Source: Catajapyx aquilonaris
Taxonomy: Eukaryota
Length of the DNA stretch: 64,000 bases
Reading direction: 5' to 3'
Assembly: GCA_000934665.2 (NCBI GenBank)
Contig: KZ538768.1
Location: 1-64,000 of the forward strand
The stretch's first letter is position 1; every line of letters starts with the position of its first letter. Both the position numbers and the translations under genes were made by a program. Positions 38,501 through 52,000 of this stretch are shown in pieces. The notes under the pieces were generated by a model, which saw only the letters and a list, made by a program, of their open reading frames with translations, did not search any database and had not been told where the DNA came from.

Positions 38501-41500
38501 CTACTCCTTCCTTCCCGCTCCCACCAGACCTTCTTAATGTAAAGTTCTGTACGTGACGAGTTAAGTGTGGGGCTGTCATTGCGTCACATGGCTTCCTGAC
38601 TTGCCTGGCTCAGAATGGCTGATGAGGGACTTTTTTTTCCCCTCCAGTCCTCTCTCCCTATGTATATAGAGTGGGGGGAGCTGTTGACTCGCGGTAAAAA
38701 TGACACTTTATTGGGGAATCATCAGTCACGGGACGGTCGTGCCCTGATCATGTATTCAAGTGTCGGCCGGATTGATATATCGCATGCCACGACGATTCCG
38801 CCGAATTGTAAAATTACCGTTTCTATGGCAGAAATGGCGGGCCTTTTCAACGGTTTATTACTTCCCGTGCCATCGATACGCCCGGGAACACTCGACTCAA
38901 CCCATGTAATCATGTATTGCGAGATATAGTCCACGGACCCCACTGGCAACTTTCAAAAGAAAACTGCAAGATGCAACGCTTGTTTTCTCCCGTCCTATTG
39001 TTGTACGTGTCAACTCGCAGTCGCGGAATGGGAATTCAGATGTTGATGGGTGTAGTTGGTGGCGTGCATCGATTCTGTCGGAGTTGAAGGTGATAAGTAG
39101 GCTCCCTCCTTTTGCTAACAGCGATTCGTCTTGGAGTCCGAAGTGCGGAGTAACGTCTCGGGCGAAGTTGTTCTTCTTGGCCGCAGTCACTTTAAATAAA
39201 CAGCAGGGCGCGTCAGATTCAGAGAAGAGTGGGATGCAGGCCAAGGGGAATGGGGGATGAGGGAAGGAGGGAGGGATGGGGGGGCGATCGCACCTGAAGT
39301 GCTCCGCCGGCGAGTTGCGTCCAATTCCGAGTGACAGGTTGCACTCGTGACCACTTCTCGGCCGCTTCCCAAAGTGGCCGTTCATCTAGGGAGGAGTTGG
39401 GGAAGGGGTTCCCCTGAGGATTTTCCCTCTTCCTTTTCCACCCCAACTTGTTTCTAGTCCAAAGGTTCCGGGTGCTCCGGATTTTCTTTTGCCCTTATCT
39501 TTTCCTATGCCTTTTTTTTTGGGGGGGGGGGGNGGGGAGAAGAGATTTTTGTGCCCTTTCCCAGGCCACCTTCCTCTTCCACATTTGGACTATACGTCGC
39601 TCTGATTTAGGAGGGTAGTCACTCAATCCGAAGGAGGTTCCCGGATTCCCAAAATAAATCAATAAATATGCAATATGCACTGCTTATCGATGGGCTCCGG
39701 CTTATTTTGCCAGGAAAGCAACGTCAAAATAAGCAAGCTGTCACATTCTGTCCACATAATCATCATTACTTAATGTCCACAAACCGGAAGTTTTTTTTTA
39801 CCTGGGGGGAGGACGTAACTGTAGGTAATAGTAAGAATACAGCAGTGTATCAGTGGGTACCGTGAAATTAATGTGCCTAGGGCAGCCATATTCGTTCCCC
39901 CTCCAATGTTGGTTCGTCCTAAACATGTGACAAGCGTATTCGTGTCCGGCCTGGTCGTATAGGGGCGCAGCTCCCATAAATGTCTGCAGTGTAATACAAC
40001 GGAGAAGTTAATTCCGACTGTCCTCAATTAGGTCCCCCGCTATTTTGCGACGTCAGTGACAACACTGCCGCATACTATAGCGCTGCGAAATTAGGCCACA
40101 CTGAAAGTCGGAATTTTCAGATACTGTACGTCCTTCTTTTGCGGCCACGAAACAGTATAAAGCACTGAAAGCAGATATGGCTGCTTCAGAAGCATGAACT
40201 ACATGGGTGGTGCTTTTTCTCTAGGAGGTGGCATGACGAGTGGGCGGGGAACATTATGGATGCGAGTTTAAAGCTTCCAATAAACGTACCTCAAGTTGTC
40301 AGCGGAGAATTTTGCAATGCGCTGCTTTGTATCGTCACTTCTTGTTGGATGGAAATTGCGAGGTGTTCCACAGGAGCACTCCTAACCAACGAATTAAAAT
40401 GCTGCTGCTGCAACAGCAGCAGCACTCTGTCAATATATGCGTTAGCGTCAGTTACAGAATGCAAAGCATAAAATAATACGAAAAATAAACCGTGTGGAAT
40501 AGACCTAATCTGTTACAAAACATGCCAAGTGTTTGGCATTGTTCTAAACAAAGTTTACATTACGTCAGTCACTGTATTCCTACTCGTTACTGGTTTCTGG
40601 ATACTCAATACTGGCCAGCCCTGTGCAAATTTGCTGAAATAAATATTTTATATACCTGCGTCCGGAGTTTCACGCTGTTGATCGACGTACTGTTTCATTT
40701 ATTTTCGGCAGTAAATTGTTTCACCCCGCCATTGCCTTATTTTCTTTTCTAGTACAAACCATCGGAAAACAACTATTCTATTAATTATGTTGTACTTGTT
40801 AAATAAGCTAGATTGATATCTGTAGCGAAATGGTGTGATTAATTGCTATGCCGGCCAATATCGTAAATGGAAACTTGTGTTAATGAGAATTCGAATGTCC
40901 GTTTTATTCAAGTGTACACTATATGACTAGTGGCCAACAATCCTATCAGTAGCGTGCAGATGTCTACTGCTGCTTCTTGGACTTTAAAAAAAATCTGAAG
41001 CTATTGGTTTGGTATAGAGCCCGCGGAAACCAATTGGTCCTTTTACCCTCCTCTATTCCACCCTCTTACTGCGATAAGGGATAGTGGAAAGAAAACTCTG
41101 GGAGTTCATGAGTGGAAGCAATCGAACTGCTGCTCTATGGGCGCAGAGTAGATTTCCAAGATGGTTTACGGTGGGTTTAATAGGCGCCCGGAGTCAGTAA
41201 GTAACAAACCACGCCGGAAGTTCCCCCGGTGGCCGTGCGGCAGTTTCCGTCACTTGTTGGCCGTAAAAATGGAAGTGGAGGGGGGGGGGGGGGNNGAAGG
41301 GGGGGGGGGGGGGGGGGGAATAGAGAGAGAGAAAAAACCCACCGTGTCCCGTGCAATTAATTGGAGCTGATGAAGGATATCGCTTCTAACCGAAATTCGT
41401 ACAACTTTTGGGAGGCAGTGGGAGAGTTGCAAGGTGTGCGCCTGAGGAAATGACGCGCAGTTTCCCCCCAGTTGCGTGGCTGCCATGCCTTGATAAATGT

Positions 41501-43781
41501 GTCAAAAGGAGGAGGAGGCTTTCGTGATTTCCGCCACAGTCCGAGTGACGTCAGGCGCTGTTATCAACAGCTTTGCTTTCATACACTTGATGTGAGTGGG
41601 ACTTCCTTCTGCCTTCTCTTAAAGTATGTTGACCTCAGTTGGCTATCCCAATAAACGAACCTAGTCCATTCGACAATTTTAGGGATGTTAATGTTATTAG
41701 CTTTTGAGAGGGGCCTTTTCAATATCTGTTTGAGTGCATGTAGTGCATGTTCTGATACACGCGGGCTGCTCTCTTCTCTCTCTCTTTTTTATGGCAAGGT
41801 TGGTTGGTATTGGTTAGCGTTTCAGTGTTTTCATTTGCAGCTGGCAGTGTAATATCTTAAGTGGTATCCAGCTTGGTTTAGTGACAAATATGCTCAATTC
41901 CCTAGTCAATCCGCATGGAGTAATCCTGCAGGGAGGTGAGCGAAAATTTTTAATCAATTCCCAAACTCCACCCTGACCATTAGCCCACCCTCTCTCTCTC
42001 TCTCCCTGCTGCCCTCCCTTCCAGCCAGCCAGCAGCAGCGTGCATCCCCAAAATCGAATCCGGACTAATTCCGTAGGTGGCTTGACGGGCCTAGATGGCG
42101 TCGGCCAAGTGGCTGGCAATAACCCTTGTCGGGTTAATTAACTAATTGGGGGCCAGGGAGAGTGACCTGCATGAATCCAGCGCAAAGGGGAGGGGAAGCT
42201 TATGCCCTTTTGCCAAAGTGCCCCATCTCTTCCTTTTTCAGCCCCTTTCCCTCCCCCTCCTTTCCCTATACCCTCTCTCTCTCTCTCCAGCAGCCAGCAT
42301 CCTTTCTTGTCGAGTGGGCCAGCAGCGTTGTGCCCTTTACGAAGGAGATAGGAGGCGCAGGAGGAACACTTGTTGGTTATGAAGTGGAACTACGTGACCG
42401 AATTATTCCGGGCTGTTCCTCCTTATCTGCTGGAATGCGGGATATCCCAGTCTGCGTGCGGGGCTTGGAGATATAGAGTCAGCGTCTTCATCTCGCGGAA
42501 GGGATCTGGGAAAAACGAGAGTGAAGGGTGGGAGGCAGAAGGGTGACAAAAAAAAAGAAATAATTTTGGAAAGGGGGAGGGAAAGCAAAGCATTTTGTGC
42601 GGGTGATGTACCGGAATATCCGCCCAAGTGGCATGAAAGGTTCTCAAATGTTTCGATACATCATCGGGATTAATACGGGGGCAATAAGATTTGTTTCCTT
42701 AAAAGGGGAGTGGTGGTGCCGTCCGCAACTGGTATGCTTTTCGTATTGTGTGTTGTCGATGTAAATCATCTCGCGGGGGAAAATAAGGGTGCCGGGCTAG
42801 GAAGAAAGGAGTCGACCATTCCGCAAGCAGCAGCTTGAATTGTGTGGCTCGCCAGAGTGCACAGTCGAAATGTTTCGCTCGGGATATGATGGGTGGAGGG
42901 GCTAGCCTCCCCTTTTTCTTCTTCTCCCTTTTCTTCTTCTTCTTTTTTCTTCCTTTTTTTTCTCCCACCCACCCACCATCTCTTCTGTCCTCTTCCCTTC
43001 TCTTTTGCCCCCCCGGATGGTAAGGAAGGCTGACCTCTATTCAGAAGATCTCAACAGGCTCTGTTACGCCTCATGCTTCTTCCTATTCATTGTCCGTGTT
43101 ACGTGAAAGTGGACATCCAGAATGGCGAGGAAAAATCAGCTTTGCCTTTTTGTGGCTGCGAGGCTGCTGGAGGGACTTTTGCGGGGAGATTGTGCAGACC
43201 TGCATGGCGAAATGGGTACCGCGTTTTGCGGGTATACCCGCATAAATGACGACGTAGTGCGCATTTATAAAATTGTTGCGAATTTAGGCGAATATCTCCG
43301 GACAATTTAACATGGCGATATTTTAAAATTGCTGCTAATATAGACTCCGGTGTTAATTGACTCTTTTCAAAAGTAACTTCGCAGCGCATGTGATGCAGTA
43401 ATTTGTAGAATAGGAATCACCAAACGGACCAAACCCATATTTTATATCACACGAGCGACTACTAGTTTTTCAATTGTATTGTTCAAGCAGTTACCGACTG
43501 TTTGGGAGAGAGAAAATTCGTCCTAACTCAAACCTGGTACGCTTTGAAAAGTGCCCCCCCTGCCTGATTAGTCCTACCTGCAACACACACTGAGGTGCAC
43601 GCAGTTTCCACATCACGCTGACAGGATAAAATACAAAGTTCCACACCGTTCTTTGAATCTGATATTTCCCCTGGGTCTCATTGTCACAGTGTATCCATCT
43701 GAATTAAATCTGTTCGACTAGTGTAACAACACACGTTTCATTCTTCATGTTTTCTCTGGCGGAATCTCTCTCCCCATCCAC

Positions 43782-43806
43782 GAGAGAGAGAGAGAGAGAG
43801 AGAGAG
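43782..43806. repeat. (GA)12 microsatellite
   Basis: Directly visible. Confidence 0.93.
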
Positions 43807-44227
43807 CTTGTGCCAAGTCAGGGAAATAGAGCCAGAAAAAAAAAATGATTCCAAGTCGATTCAACAGAGCGCGGTAATGCGATTGAGCGTCGGAAATTCA
43901 TAATGGCATGCAGTGCGGTTTTGAAACCCGTGCTCTTGCAGGTGCAAAGTTGAGTACAGCAGCAGAAGCAGCAGGCAACCGGTGAGGCTGCGGGTGGAGG
44001 GGTGGTTGGTTGGTGTAGAGGGAGGNGGGGGAGACTAGTACAAGACTTGCATCCATGAGCGAGCATGAGCAATAGGAAGGGGGCAAAGGGGATTCCCATC
44101 GGCGTTCCTGGGGCCGGGTGGCGCCTGTTGACACAGGCCAATCGTTTGCAAAGGAGTCTGCCTGGGTAATTGGTTGAGGAACGCACACAGCCGCTGGGGG
44201 TGGGGGAGGGAAGGGAAGGGAAGGCAG

Positions 44228-44246
44228 GTAGTAGTAGTAGTAGTAG
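44228..44246. repeat. (GTA)6 microsatellite
   Basis: Directly visible. Confidence 0.9.
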
Positions 44247-46006
44247 GGGAATTTGGGGAATGGAGGAGGCGGGTAGGGATGAAGCCACATGAAAGGGAGA
44301 CCTACCTTTGTCCCGGGACAGGAAACAATCGGACGTCCCCCCCTTTGTCTCGGAGCCCAAACATCTGAGTCATCGATCCGCCAACCACTTCCAAAGATCG
44401 TCTTCCTCAACTCTTCCTCCCCACCCCCCAAGAACCCTCACCACCACCGCCGCCGACCCGGTTCATTTTTGCCTGCAACCTCCTTTTTTGGCCGACAACA
44501 ATGTCTTATCCGATTTTGGGATCCAGGTACGGCTGGGTTCCTTCATGACAAAATTGGTCCGTTTTGCTCTATACCCCCCACTCTTTTTTTTTGCTGAACA
44601 GGGTGCATCGTAGCTGACGCCACAGTTTAGTTGACGCGATAATTATGGCAGCGTGCAATTTTGCACCTCTGTATGCGCCAGAATTTATATGAGAGGGAGA
44701 AAAAAAGAATGCGCCACTAGTTGGTCCCAAGCTCCTCGTTTCATTTAGCGAAATAATATGCATGTGTAACAGGTTTGGTTCAGTCCTCATGCGGCAGCCT
44801 AATAATTGGTCTCGTGTGGAATTTTGGTCGGTGGTCGTGTCACCGTTACTTTTTGCGTGTGTGTCGCCCGCTGACCGGACAGGCCCGCTGGCCTCTAAAT
44901 AATGCGCTTATGAAAAATCATAAACAGTGTAGAGGCCGCGTTCTTGTGTCACCAAATCATCCTAAACGTTTCCCAGAAGCCAGCTTGCGCCCTTGTCACC
45001 TCCAGTGCAATGAAGCTGTAAAAGTAAATGTATGAGTGGAGCAGTAACATGGTCCCCCAAGTCCAGCGTCACAACGGGATGTGAAATATTGTTTATGAGT
45101 CCCTGCGCCATGTTTGCCGACCTTTTCAACCGGAAATGGTTATGAGCCCGACCTTGTTTGTGTTATAATATTAAACTAATTTGGAGGTTGTAACGTTAAC
45201 CGCAAATTCAGAGAAGGCCGTTTGTAGAGTGGGGGGAGAGCAGTTGGGAAATAAATTCAGTGACTGCCATGTTCATAGCCAGGGTAAACAGGGTTGGTGC
45301 GTTTTGAAATGTTTAGGCTTGGCTCGGGGTAATTTTATTCTGGAAAAAAAAATAACACACAGGAGCATATTCTTTGAAATGGACGTTACAGTGGTGTTTT
45401 TGCAGCATTATTTTCTGCAAAACCCGAAGCAGGTGCGCCTCTTTTGAAAAAACACGGTCCGGAAATTCACAGGTCGCAGGTTAACCCAAGGGAACCCCAA
45501 AGAGCAACCAGGGCGTTTTCTTTCACAGAAACTCCTTTGAAGCAAGAATCGCGAGTAAAAATTAATCCCCGTAATTGCACGTCGTCGTTTTGAGCCCCTC
45601 TGGGCAACCTCCCCATTGGTCAGAGATTTTTTTTGTCCTCCCCATCCAACTCCTACTCCCTCTCCTTCCCCCACCCTGCTCCAAGAGGTCGAAAGGGGAG
45701 GGAGGGGGCGCCAACCCTCCCTTTGAAGTTTTAATATGCAATGAAAGAATGCTGGCAAGCCTCCTTTTGGGCGAACGCATCTCCCTCTACTTTTGATGAG
45801 ACGGGTTTTTCCCCCCCTCTTCCTCCTCCCCCTCATTTTTGTGGACCCTCCAAAGGCCTCCTTATTCCATCTTTTTCCATCCACTACTTGCATGGGCAGG
45901 ACAGTATTATGAAATATTGCCCAGAGCGCAGTTGTAATAAGCCTGTTTTTTATATTTAGCGCATGTCCCCACCATAACTGCAGGTTTTTGGTTTTGCAGT
46001 TCATAC

Positions 46007-46082
46007 GTGGGTCGTTGTGGTTGGGATCTACCAACTGGGAGCGACTCGTGCTGATAGGTGGATCCTAGCCACAACGACCCAC
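46007..46082 (+). repeat. Inverted repeat / 76-nt hairpin (26-bp stem, 24-nt loop)
   Basis: Left arm GTGGGTCGTTGTGGTTGGGATCTACC (46007-46032) pairs with right arm GGTGGATCCTAGCCACAACGACCCAC (46057-46082): 23 Watson-Crick plus 3 G.U pairs, no bulges. Confidence 0.9.
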
Positions 46083-49000
46083 TGCTTTTTAACACCGACT
46101 TGAAATCAGCAGTAATTTTTTTTTCCATCTTGTGTCGTGAGCTACCATCTCAAGTCCTTGATTTGAATATTGGCCCACACACTAGATTCGGTGTTTACAT
46201 GCTTGAGGTCGTTATGAAATCTCCCGTGCGCATGAAAAATGCTCGCGTGTTTCGGATGGGTGTGATGTTCCGCCCCATCCACCACCCCTGCCCCTTTATG
46301 GCTATCACCTGAAGGTTTTTCTCTTCACGCTTTTTTTTTCCTTTCGTTTCCTTCTCGAGGAAAAGGGGTGGAGATGTGGGGGGGGCGGGGCGGGAGAGAA
46401 AGGGGGTCGGGAGGTTAGGGGTCATTTGGAACCCGGGAGGGAAATGATGGCAATTCTGAGAGCACGAAGCTGGATGGACTCTTCAAGGGCGTCGGCGGTA
46501 CCCCCTCGGAGATGGTTATGAGTTTCCCTCTCTCCTTCCCTAGCCCCCACCTCTCTCCCTTACCCCCCAAAGAGTGCTAGGGTTAATTTTCGGTCGTAAT
46601 GCCGCCGCCCCAAAGTGGGCGAGCAAGGCCAAGCATGCAACTGGATGGATGAGTAGATGGATGGGATGGCAATTACCTCCTTACTTTTTTTTTTCCTTTC
46701 TTTTCTTCTTCTTCTTTCTTTTTTCTTAAAAGAGTGGTGTGGGAAAATGTTCCAGAGGCTCACTGTCCACTTAATTCGATGCTTTCTCAGCTCTGGTGTG
46801 AATTCTGCAATTTGGAGATTTANCCCCCCCCTAATGGTTTTCACGCCTAATGAAAATGATATATTGCATCCTGTATGGCCTGCAGGAAATAAGGAGAAGG
46901 CGTGCGGGGCAGACTCGCCAATCTGGGCACAGATGAATCTTAAGCGCGAAGACAAGGAGTCAACGCCAGTTGCCCCCCTCCCTCCTCGAAAACTTGCCCT
47001 TAAAATTTTCCGAGCTAATTGCTTAATTACAGGGAGTTGAAAATAAACCGTTTGCATTGGCTGCAGCGTGCATGCAAATTGGGGGAGGGGGTGGGGGGCA
47101 AAGGGAGGAGAGAGCAACCGTCGGCTTTTCCCGTATGCAAAAGGCAGCTGCGAGCCTTTTCGTCTCGCCGACTATCGCCCAAGTTAGCGGCGGGTAAGGA
47201 TCCGAAATCGATGGAGGTGTTTAGAGGTTGCCGGTGGGGGTTGGGTGGGAAGGAGGGAGGGAGGGAGCCACATTTGAGATGAAATCGGCTGATTGCATAA
47301 TGAGACAATCAGTCCAATGCGGGAGAGAGCAACACGGCGACTCCCAATTGGATCAGGCCATTCCTAAGGCGACAACAACTTGGTGCTTTTTCTTTCGCCC
47401 CACTCCCAAATGCTGGGGCGTGTGCCTCACACACTCTAATCGACATATTAAACATTCTGCAAGCAGTGCCTGACGCAACCCGTGCGGTTTAATCATAATA
47501 AAATAACCGGGTATGTCCATACATCTCCGGTAGAGAGGGGCCGCAGAGTGTCGGAAATCTTGATTAAAATGAGATATAGGTGGCAAAATGTGGGTAGGAA
47601 ATGGGCCGGAGGGGAAATGAGGGGGCATCTCTTGTTGAAGCGCCCATCTCTCGCAGATTATTCGGTGGGTAGTCCTTTTTCTAGCAAGCCCCTCGTTTTT
47701 CCAGGGCCGACACATCCGTCGGCAGCAATTGAGTTGATCGAAGTTGAGGGCGGGAATAAAGCAGGGATGGGGAAGTAGATTTCCGTCTCTCTTTCTGAGA
47801 TGAGATGAAGGTTTTGGGAGGAGGGGGGGTGGGGGAGTGGATAGGGTGGGGGGGAGGGTTTCTCAATCAGGGAAGGGGCCATCTCACCAAGGTAGGACTG
47901 GAGCGCCGAACTAAAACGAAACTCCCTCCTCTCCTCCTTTCGTTCCCTTTTGCCGTTTTCTTCGCCTCCCTGAAGGAAGAAGAGCCTTCCCACCCACCCA
48001 TCCACCCACCCAGCCTTCTCTCGCATCATGATTGATTGCAACAAGACGGCCCAGTGTTCTCCGTCTCGCGCCATCGAGTTTTAAGCCCCCCTCCCTTCTC
48101 CAACCGGGTGTATCTCTCCTCCACCCTGCTTGACTATGCTGCTGCCTCTTTGAGTACGTCCCTTAACTCTTTGCGATTTCGCCCTCTGGTTGTGTGTGCA
48201 TAGTGCATGACTCCTGGGAGTAGTTGAAATGTGAGAATCCGCCCTTGGAGGGAATCAGTCGAGCAGGTTTAGTTTTGGTGGAGGTGTACGTACGACGTCT
48301 CTTTTTTTCTCTCTCTCTTTCTCTCTCTGTCTCTCTCTGAGCCGTGGTCCTGACCGGACTGCTTGGCCTGAACGGGCCATTGTGCAGAGGGGCACCCGGA
48401 GACGGGCGGAGCCGCCGTTGGCACCGGGCCGATAAGGCTTGAAAAGCTGGCTTTTGCCTGGCAAGGAAAGGAGGGGGTATAGGGGGGGGGGGGGGTCTTG
48501 GGGCTCCAAGAGCTTCCTTCCGTTCCTTCTTCAGCCTATTGATTGCGCAAGAACCTCTTCAACCATTTTCCCGCGCTCGACATGACAACAGAATTACATT
48601 TTGTGGGGAGGGGATGCTATCATGGTGGAAGAGTGAAGGGGGAGGGGGCAGAATGTGTCCACGCTGTGGCTATTTGCGCGGTAGGGAAATGCAGAATTAA
48701 TAAAGTATGAACAATGATGTGTTTTGAAACAAACAAGCTATCTCTAGTTAATTAATTAATCAAGCCGTAGTATAACATGATTAAGGCCGCTGTAATTATT
48801 AAAAGGTAGTGAGTCATGTTTCCCCATAATCCGAATGGCTTTCATGCCCTGTGCAAACTGAAATTACACACATTTTGTTGTATACTTGAAAAGTGCAAAT
48901 TTGCCTTGACACATTAGCTATGATATTCGCGGAGAGTGCGCCGCGTCATATTTGCGCACCTGTATGATGACACGGACTTTTGCAAACAATTATTACCGGG

Positions 49001-52000
49001 CAATAAGCGTGCGCATTCTCTCTGTAGCCCCCGTTGTTTGAACGCCTGCGGGACGGCCGATTTCATAAAAGTAGGTGAAGCTTGTTCCGATGCAGGTTAG
49101 GTCGGTAAAACAGGCTCCGCTTTGAATCGGCTCATTTTCTCCTCACTGCGCCGCGCTTTTTGGTACAGAAAGAAGAAGAAGAAGAGGTCTGATGGGATAA
49201 TCCCGCAGCTGAAATAATTGCCCAGATTGTCTATCACCTAAACTGAAAGGGAGTGCCCGCATTTGGATGGCTCCCTCTTCCCCTTTTTTTCCAGAGATGA
49301 GGGGGGGTCGGCCTGGAAACAAAAATCCATTAAGGGACAAGAAAAGGGAGAAGTTTGTTGGAAGACGCTCTTTACCCTCACTGATGCGATAATGGGTCCA
49401 AAATTAAAATTTTCTTTCCGCGGCTAACAAGTCTGGTGGAAGGAAGAAGGGAAAACGAGAGAGACTTCACCCCGCCCATAGTTTACGCTTGTTCGAAATT
49501 AAATGTTTGTGAGTGGCTGATCTAGGGTTATTATACCATAAAGGAAGTTTTTCTTCTTTGCCCCCCTCCCCCCAGCCCCTCTCTTCTTCTTTAGAAATGG
49601 GGAAAAGTGAGGGTGGCATGGCAAAAGAGGCCGCTTTCTTTGAGAAGAAAAATAAGGGGAGGGAGAGGGTGGCGGTGGGGCTGTATCTCTTCAGCTAGGA
49701 ATCATAAATAACGGATCGAAATGAGGTTATGATAAAAAGTGCGCGGGGAAGCCAGAGGGGATGATGATCCAGATTGAGAATACGCGGTTTGAAAGATACG
49801 CCTCTTTATGCGGGCCGCAGCGGCTAAGAACTGACGGCGGGGGCCTCTTTTTCCTTTCACGTTACTTATGACGCAGATAGGCGAGCCCCAGCCTGATTGC
49901 GAATGATCCATGGCGTTTATCCCGGTGTTTACCTGTTCGGAGGGAAGACGTTGCAGATGCGCGTGGGTTAGTGTCGGAGGAGGGGGGACCAGTGTACTCC
50001 GGTGGCCAGCAAACACATTCGTCTCTGGGAAAATGCGATTAGCGTCGGCGCCGTGAAAGGGAAAAAGAGAGAAGTAGATCCTGTTTTCTTTCCCATCCCT
50101 CCCTCCCTCCCTCCCTCTCCCGGCCATCCCCATGACTCTTTCCACCTTTTCTGGAGTGGACTTTGGCCCTTTTCGGGAGCACCAAAGGGTAATTCTGGGA
50201 CACTACCCTGGGTTCAGAATCCCTGCACTTTTCCCCGTCCTCATCTAGGAAGTCAGAATGGGGAAGAGGGGGATGGAAGCAGGGAATGGTGGGAGGAGGG
50301 AGGGGCTGGGGGAGAAAAAGTGCAGGGTGAAAACAGGCGTACGAATGCGCATTATTTGAGGTCAAATAAATCGGGGTTCTTGTCAGAAGCAGACTGTTGG
50401 AAAACATTACTCTGTTGTGGTGTGGGGATAGGAGTGGAAAGTTTGGGATTGATTTGGGTGGAAATTGTCCGGGGAGAGAGGAACGATGGAATGACGACAA
50501 TTTTTTTTTCTGCTCAGAGTTTAGTTAAAAGTATGGTCTGTCTGACGCTTGCGCTGGAGACTGAACAAACTTTTTTTTTCCGTGTGTGTTGCTTCAACTT
50601 TTGTCGGTGGGTCACCTGGTGCTCCGGAATTGCTCCAACCTGGAGAGATAAGTTGGTCTTCTAAACGACATTTGATTAGCGCCCATTCAGGACCCATCAA
50701 GTCAACGCCTTGTCACCGCAGACTAACTCGCTTTCCCCCGGTGCGATTGGATGCGGTTTTTGCACGCCGGGCTCCTTTGCCTTCCGAGTTTGATGGAGTT
50801 AATCTAATGCCGTTAATCTAATAGGACTTGGGGGGGTTGGGGTGGGTGGCGTTCTTGTTTCGCGCGTTTGCTACTCCCGGCATGTGGAAATGCGGCCGTG
50901 AATACCCCCTTGGAATGCGCGCGCCTACTCAATCCCAAAATGAGATCTTGGGCGGAAGGCAGAGGGGGTGCTTAAACACACTTGACGATTGTGCCGAATG
51001 AGGCGGTTAATTGGGATGCGATGCTGCAAACATCCACGTGATTCCGGCCGCTTATGAACTCCCGATCTGCTGGGCTCTTTTGGAGGGCTAAAAAGGAGTT
51101 TCCAAGCCTTGCCCTGCCTTCCGACGGTGAATCCTCGCCTTCCAGCAATTAGCGAGCATCCTGTTTCGTTATCCCAGATGTTAAGAGGAATTAGCGAAAA
51201 ATTATCCTCCCTCCCACAGTGGGAAGGATTTTCTTCGCACACACCCCCTCCCTCCCTCCCTCCCTCCCTCCCTCCCCTCCGGGCTTGGCTGTTGAGAATG
51301 AGGACACACAGAAATCCGGTGCTGCTACCCCTCCCCTCGTTAATGTATCTGTGGCTTGGTGCGACCGTTTCTCATGTAAATCCGCCGTGTAATCAAATAA
51401 TTCCAACCGGTGTTGCAAACGCCCACTCCCACCCTCTCCGGAAAAGGAGTCCGCCCTTTTTGCCGCCTACTGTACTTGATCATGCCCTTTTAATCCGGTA
51501 TCAACTCGTTGCCGGGACAGCGCAGATTTATTTCCAGGGCCCTTGGGAGACCCTCAAGGTCAGTGTTGATCCTGGCAGTTAGATGACCCATGCGTCTCTC
51601 TTGCATTGCGGAGACTTATAGTTGTCAGGGGCACACAGCGGCAGCAGGAAATTACCCCTGGTGTTGTTGGTTCGGCTTGGAGCAGTAACGTTGCGATGCC
51701 TGAATTCACTCCAATTATATCAAGCCCTCCTCCTCCTCCAGCCGGGTTGGGGAAAAGTAGGATCCAGGCCGAATCCGGAAGCCCGCCGCGGTGCCCGTAA
51801 TTGACTGGAAAGTCAGAGTCTGAGCATCGGAATGGGGAAAAGTGAATCCGTATTCAAAGTCTAATCTGGCGGCTTTCATTCGCAGCCATTCTTGGAGCCA
51901 AGCACCATCGGATCTTTCGGATGACAAGTAACGATTTGTCATTCCCCAATTCCCTCCCTCCCACGTGGTGCTGTCTCTCTCTTTCTCTCTGTATGGGAGA

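Noticed and set aside
41733..41750. Tandem TGCATG (Rbfox) motifs and possible window-wide enrichment
   Set aside because: A rough by-eye count gave similar numbers on both strands, near random expectation, and the pair is far from any known exon.
50002..50664. 220-aa ORF on the + strand
   Set aside because: GTG start, low-complexity segments, no recognisable motif and no convincing splice boundaries.
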